Shown here in pieces: positions 59,351 to 64,000 of a stretch of 64,000 bases of DNA. The stretch is from Squalus acanthias (taxonomy: Eukaryota), in contig JASTWF010000321.1 in the NCBI GenBank assembly GCA_030390025.1, positions 434,001 to 498,000 on the forward strand, written 5' to 3'. The notes beneath the pieces are model-generated. The model was not told where the DNA came from. It did not search any database and saw nothing but the letters and a program-made list of their open reading frames with translations. Every line of letters starts with the position of its first letter. The first letter of the stretch is position 1. The position numbers and the translations under genes were made by a program.

Positions 59351-62104
59351 TGGCCTAGAAATTCGATAAGGCCTGGAAACGGGCGATGGCACCGCGGGAC
59401 GAGATTTGCTCGCGCCCGTTTAAAAAGCACAGGCAGCATGTTATTTTGGTGCTGCCTGCTGATTTGAATGGTTTTAGCGCACAGCCCAGCCACGAACGCG
59501 CTGCTTCAGGATGTGCGCGCAGCAGGAAGCCCAACGTCACATCACTGTAGCGTCCCAGGAGCGAGGCTGCATTCTATTAAAAAAGGCTGTCATTTTAGAA
59601 AGCAGTCTCTACCCCCTTCAAGCTCAACAGGCCAGGGAAAGGGCACTCAGGGTCTCGCACACAGCATTCGAGCTTTGTGCAGGAGGTCAACAGCAGAAGA
59701 GAGGTTCTTGCACCAGGGACGCTACAGCGAGCCAAAGGGGACCAGGAGGCCCTCCAGAAAATAAGATGTGGGACCAGATCACCGAGGCCCTCACTGTCAG
59801 CAGTGTTGCCCCCAGGACCTGGCTCCAGTGCCCAAAGAAGTTTCATGACCTCAGACCAGTGGTCAAGGTCAGTGAATGCATCTTCAAAAGCCATCTCCTA
59901 CCAACTGCACCACTAGCCTCACACACTGCTCAGTGCACGATGCCCCCCCATCACTTACCTACCAACAATCTCAACCAAACACGAGGCACACCTCACATGT
60001 CAGTTGGCATGCAGCGCCCACTTAACGTCACGTTCTGTGAACTTCAACCTTAGCGCTGAGTTTAGCGCTGGGTCCCAAGCTTGCTCTGAAAGTGAGTGTG
60101 CAGCAGACTGACAGAGATGCTGTCAGCACTTCTTAAAAGGGCGCACACATCTTTCAGATAAGTTTGCATTTAAGCTTCTGGACTGGATTTTTTAAAATTT
60201 TATTGAAGTCGTGGCTTGGTGCAATACATGCTAAAAGTTTTTAAGCGTGCAGGGAGTTCTGCTGGATGTTTACAAGGCCTCGGATGGTGAAGGAAGGTCT
60301 CTGAGAAGACAGAACATGCTGGAAATACTCAGCAGGTCAGGCAGCATCCAAGTTCACGTCTCAGGTCGAGATGCTGCCTGACCTGGTGAGTATTTCCAGC
60401 ATTTTATGCTTTTATTTTAGATTTACAGCATGCGCTCACAGAAGGAAGAGGAAGACACAGAAGAGGAATACGCAGAAGAGGAGGAAGCAGAAGAGTAGGA
60501 AGGAGAAGGAAAGATGCATCCCAGACAGTCCCTTTCTGGCCGGGATATCCGAGTTGGAATCATCCGTTGCGGTACCAGTGACCACAACCCCAATTCCCTT
60601 TTCAACATTTGTCCCACACCTTACCTTACCTCCAACACAAAGCAAATTTTCCAATCCAACTTTATACATCTATCCATTCAATATGACATCAAGAAATCAA
60701 CTCGTCTTCTATTTGTGACTGTCTTGTGTGTGCCTTTGCCTATCCTACTGATGTCACGCCGTGCTACCCCAGTGGCTGCAGCATGGCTGGTGGAAGGCTG
60801 CTGACTTTCAGTGGGGGACACTGCAAATGGCCTTGCTGGTCGACCTTGAGGAGCTGGTGGCTGGGAGTGTGAAATCGAGTGATGGTGTTTCTTCTTCTTC
60901 TTCTTCTTCTTCACTCTCCTCTCCCTCTTCTTAGTCAACCACTGGCTGGGCAGGCAGCATTTTTTGGATGTGTGAAATGAGGAAGGCACAAGGGTGGAGT
61001 TGTGGTGAGGGGAGGGCAGGAAAGCAAGAGGTGCATGCCAGAAGGAGGATAACGTATGAGGATACCAGCATCTTGTATCCTTTCAGCCGCACCACCCCCC
61101 CCCCCATCCCCCCCATACCCCCCACCAACGCTGGCCAAGGGCTCAGCCATGCCCCTGCCAAGAATGGCCTGCGCCATCTCCTCCAAGGGGGTGAGGTGAA
61201 GCTAGGAATAGGAGGTGTGCCTCGTGTATGGTACAGATTGTTGGTAGGTGAATGATTGGCGGGGGGAGACGTGCACTGAGCAGTGTGTGAGGCTAGTGGT
61301 GCAGTTGGTAGGAGACGGCTTTTGAAGACGCATTCACTGACCTTGGCTAGTGGTCTGAGGTCATGAAACTTCTTTTGGACACTGGAGCCAGGTGGTGGGG
61401 GGCGACACTGTTGGCAGTGACGACCTCGGTGATGTGGTCCCACATTCTTCTTTCTGGAGGGCCTCCTTGCCCCTGTGGGTAGAGGACCTCTCTTGCAGTA
61501 TTGACCCCCTGCACAAAGCTGGAGTGCTGCATGTGAGACCCTGGGTGCCCCTTCCCTGGCCTGCTGAGCCATTTGTATTTTTTCCATTTTTCCTTAGGTG
61601 CGGAAGGCAATTTAGCTTTAGGAGCTGAAGACTCCCATTTGGGAACACTTTTTAACATTAAATTTTTTTTTCAGAAGGCAGTTGAGCTCTAAGGGCTAAA
61701 AACGACCTATTTTTACATGATTTACTTGGGTTAGTCCATTAAAAGAAAGACTTTGTACAGTCCCACCAGTGACGTCGCATTGCCTCATTCATTGGCTCCT
61801 CAGAGTTTCATAGTAACTGTATTCTAATTCAGAAGTCCCTTTCAGGGTCCGAACTGCTTTTTGAAATGACAGCCTTGCTTTAAGAGAAGGTTGTACTTGC
61901 TGCAATGACACTATGGACATGCTAACTCCTGCTGGGACTAACGCCACCAGAACGGTGTTGCTCGATACATTTAACGCTGGGCTAATGTTAATTAGTCACT
62001 AGCGCCAATTTACCGGTCCTGCCAGCGCTATCATTTTCGGCAGCCGGTAACACCAGCCCACGCTGGCACCGGCAGGTTTTTACTGATATCGGATTTTGAG
62101 GCCA
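59351..62104. mobile_element. PIF/Harbinger-derived element(s) with two inverted Myb/SANT-like remnants
   Basis: TIR-like tggcctagaaattcg / cggattttgaggcca. RERA.R.S...WDQITE...RTWLQCPKKFHDL at 59620-59870 (+) and a matching copy at about 61340-61575 (-). Confidence 0.65.
60316..60402. repeat. Short palindromic interspersed element
   Basis: atgctggaaatactcagcaggtcaggcagcatc / gatgctgcctgacctggtgagtatttccagcat; another half-copy at 63965-64000. Confidence 0.7.
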
Positions 62105-62616
62105 TTGTATTTTGGGTGTGACACTGATCAAAGAAAGTAAAGTGTTTTTCCAAAAATACAGAATGTGGTGTATGTGAGAATGTCTGATAAACAGGAGCCA
62201 GCCCTATTATTGTTACAACAGGGGAGTCTAATACTAATGGGACATGCCAGCAGAGAAAAGCCCAACTACTTTAGTTACAAGGTGTCGAATTCACATCCTG
62301 GGATCGCGTCCCGAGGAATTGTGGGTCTGCCATGTCCAGTGCTCGATCTGAACCTGAGTGATGTGAGTGTGGAGGTCCGGCCGTGGCCTCAGAGGAAGGG
62401 ACTGAAGGTTGTGAGACACGAACCAACTCATTAGACGATTGATGTTGGCCAACGTCCCCACCTGACTGGTTGCAGTCTCACTACAGGTTGAGTGATGTTG
62501 GGAAGGCAGCCAATGTAAAGCAGTATTCGTCACGATAAACCACCAACTCATCTCACCTGATGTAAAAAGAATGAGGCAGGTTAGCTTGGGGGCTGGGGGG
62601 AAGCACACTTGCTCCT

Positions 62617-63650
62617 ATAAGAGCAGGGAGGTTATGATGGAGCTGTACAAAACGCTAGTTAGGCCACAGCTGGAATACTGTGTGCAGTTCTGGTCGCCAC
62701 ACTATAGGAAGGATGTGATTGCATTGGAGAGGGTGCAGAGGAGATTCACCAGGATGTTACCTGGGCTGGAGCGCTTCAGCTATGAAGAGAGACTGGACAG
62801 GCTGGGGTTGTTTTCCTCAGAGCAGAGAAGGCTGAGGGGGGACCTGATTGAGGTGTACAAAATTATGAGGGGCATAGATAGGGTAGATAGAAAGGAACTT
62901 TTCCCCTTAGTAGAGGGGTCAATAACCAGGGGGCATAGTTTCAAGGTAAGGGGCAGGAGGTTTAGAGGGGATTTGAGGAAAAACTTTTTCATCCAGAGGG
63001 TGGTTGGAATCTGGAACTCACTGCCTGAAAGGGTGGTAGAGGCAGGAACCCTCACAACATTCAAGAAGCATTTAGATGAGCACTTGAAACGCCATAGCAT
63101 ACAAGGCTACGGACCAAGTGCTGGAAAATGGGAATAAAATAGACAGGGCTTGATGGCCGGCGCGGACACGATGGGCCGAAGGGCCTCTTTCTGTGCTGTA
63201 CAGGAAACTTTCGTTTATCCGGCACCCAAATATCCGGAATTCTCGCTTAACCGGCAAAAATCATCCTCCGAAAACTCCTCTCAAATAACCGGCAATGTTG
63301 CCGAGTCGCAGTCGAGTCTCCGCGAACGCCGAGTGCTCCGAAAAATCCTCTCAAATAACTGGCAATGTTGCCGATCCCGAGTCCGAGTCTGAGTCCGCGA
63401 ACGCCGATTTAGTCAGTAGGGGTACTTTTCAAAAGTGCCACTACTCGGCCTCCTGGCGCTGTCGCAAGTCCGAAACATTGCAGTCGCATGAGTAGATTCT
63501 CCCGTGCTGCTTGGAGTCTCTTTGTTAAAAATAGCCTCGGTAGATATAACTCTCTGTTATCCGGTACTTTCGATAAACCGGCACCACGCCGGTCCCGTCG
63601 ATGCCGGATAAACGAAAGTTTCCTGTATAACTCTATGACTCTATGACTAT
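62617..63650 (+). mobile_element. CR1 3' fragment with a MITE inserted in its tail
   Basis: LYKTLVRPQLEYCVQFWSP...RVVGIWN; actctatg-repeat tail at 63628-63650. Confidence 0.9.
63201..63625. mobile_element. Tc1/mariner (Tigger/pogo-like) MITE
   Basis: 24 bp perfect TIR caggaaactttcgtttatccggca with TA duplication. Confidence 0.88.
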
Positions 63651-64000
63651 GACTCCTACTGGCCCACAAGCTGGAAAGGCACTTCCAGCCTGTTCCTGTT
63701 CCATGCAGCACCATCCCTTTAGCACCCGGGGAAACCCGGCCAGCCAGCGTTAAAGCTGGACGAGAGATAATATCTGAGGCACACATCCTCATTAAAATAT
63801 TTAAATCAGCAACCTGCCTCCTGGGAGCGGGTTGGTTGCCCGTCCCCCGTCCCACCACCGTTAACACTGGAAGTGGGCGGGCTCGAGGCGGGTTTGACAA
63901 TTTTTAAATTTTCACATCCCACCCGAAACCCACCCATTTTGCGGGGTTAGAATTACCCCCCAAAGATGCTGCCTGACCTGCTGAGTGTTACCAGCCTTTT

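Noticed and set aside
62291..62608. Minus-strand ORF with faint resemblance to a SOUL middle exon (MSWFVSHNLQSLPLRP...VQIEH)
   Set aside because: Alignment needs gaps and splice sites are not clear; cannot be supported without an HMM search.

Overview
Repeat-dense vertebrate genomic DNA, most likely a shark or other cartilaginous fish. This host call is an inference from the dominance of CR1 LINEs, a Deu-domain SINE, L2 tails and Penelope tails. No intact host gene is evident. The most notable element (9420-19716, minus strand) is an endogenous retrovirus-like element. It has gag, a pol with PR-RT-degenerate RNase H-second RNase H-IN, and a roughly 790-codon env resembling a class I F-type fusion protein with an apparent N-terminal immunoglobulin domain; this architecture recalls lokiretroviruses. 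The element is circularly permuted (env 3' half - PPT - single LTR - gag - pol - env 5' half) and bracketed by two direct CR1 copies. The CR1 junctions rejoin env in frame, suggesting an excised one-LTR circle that re-integrated by CR1-CR1 recombination. It lies inside a tandem array of an internally deleted CR1 unit. Also present: a related solo LTR; a very young Gypsy element with identical LTRs and a PBS region complementary to its own LTR; a perfect Penelope palindrome with a hammerhead-like motif; an inverted duplication flanked by two SOUL/heme-binding-protein-like exons; a 7.4 kb G4-prone minisatellite; Harbinger and Tigger-like DNA transposon remnants; and a CCAAT/GC-box promoter-like segment. 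All alignments were made by eye.
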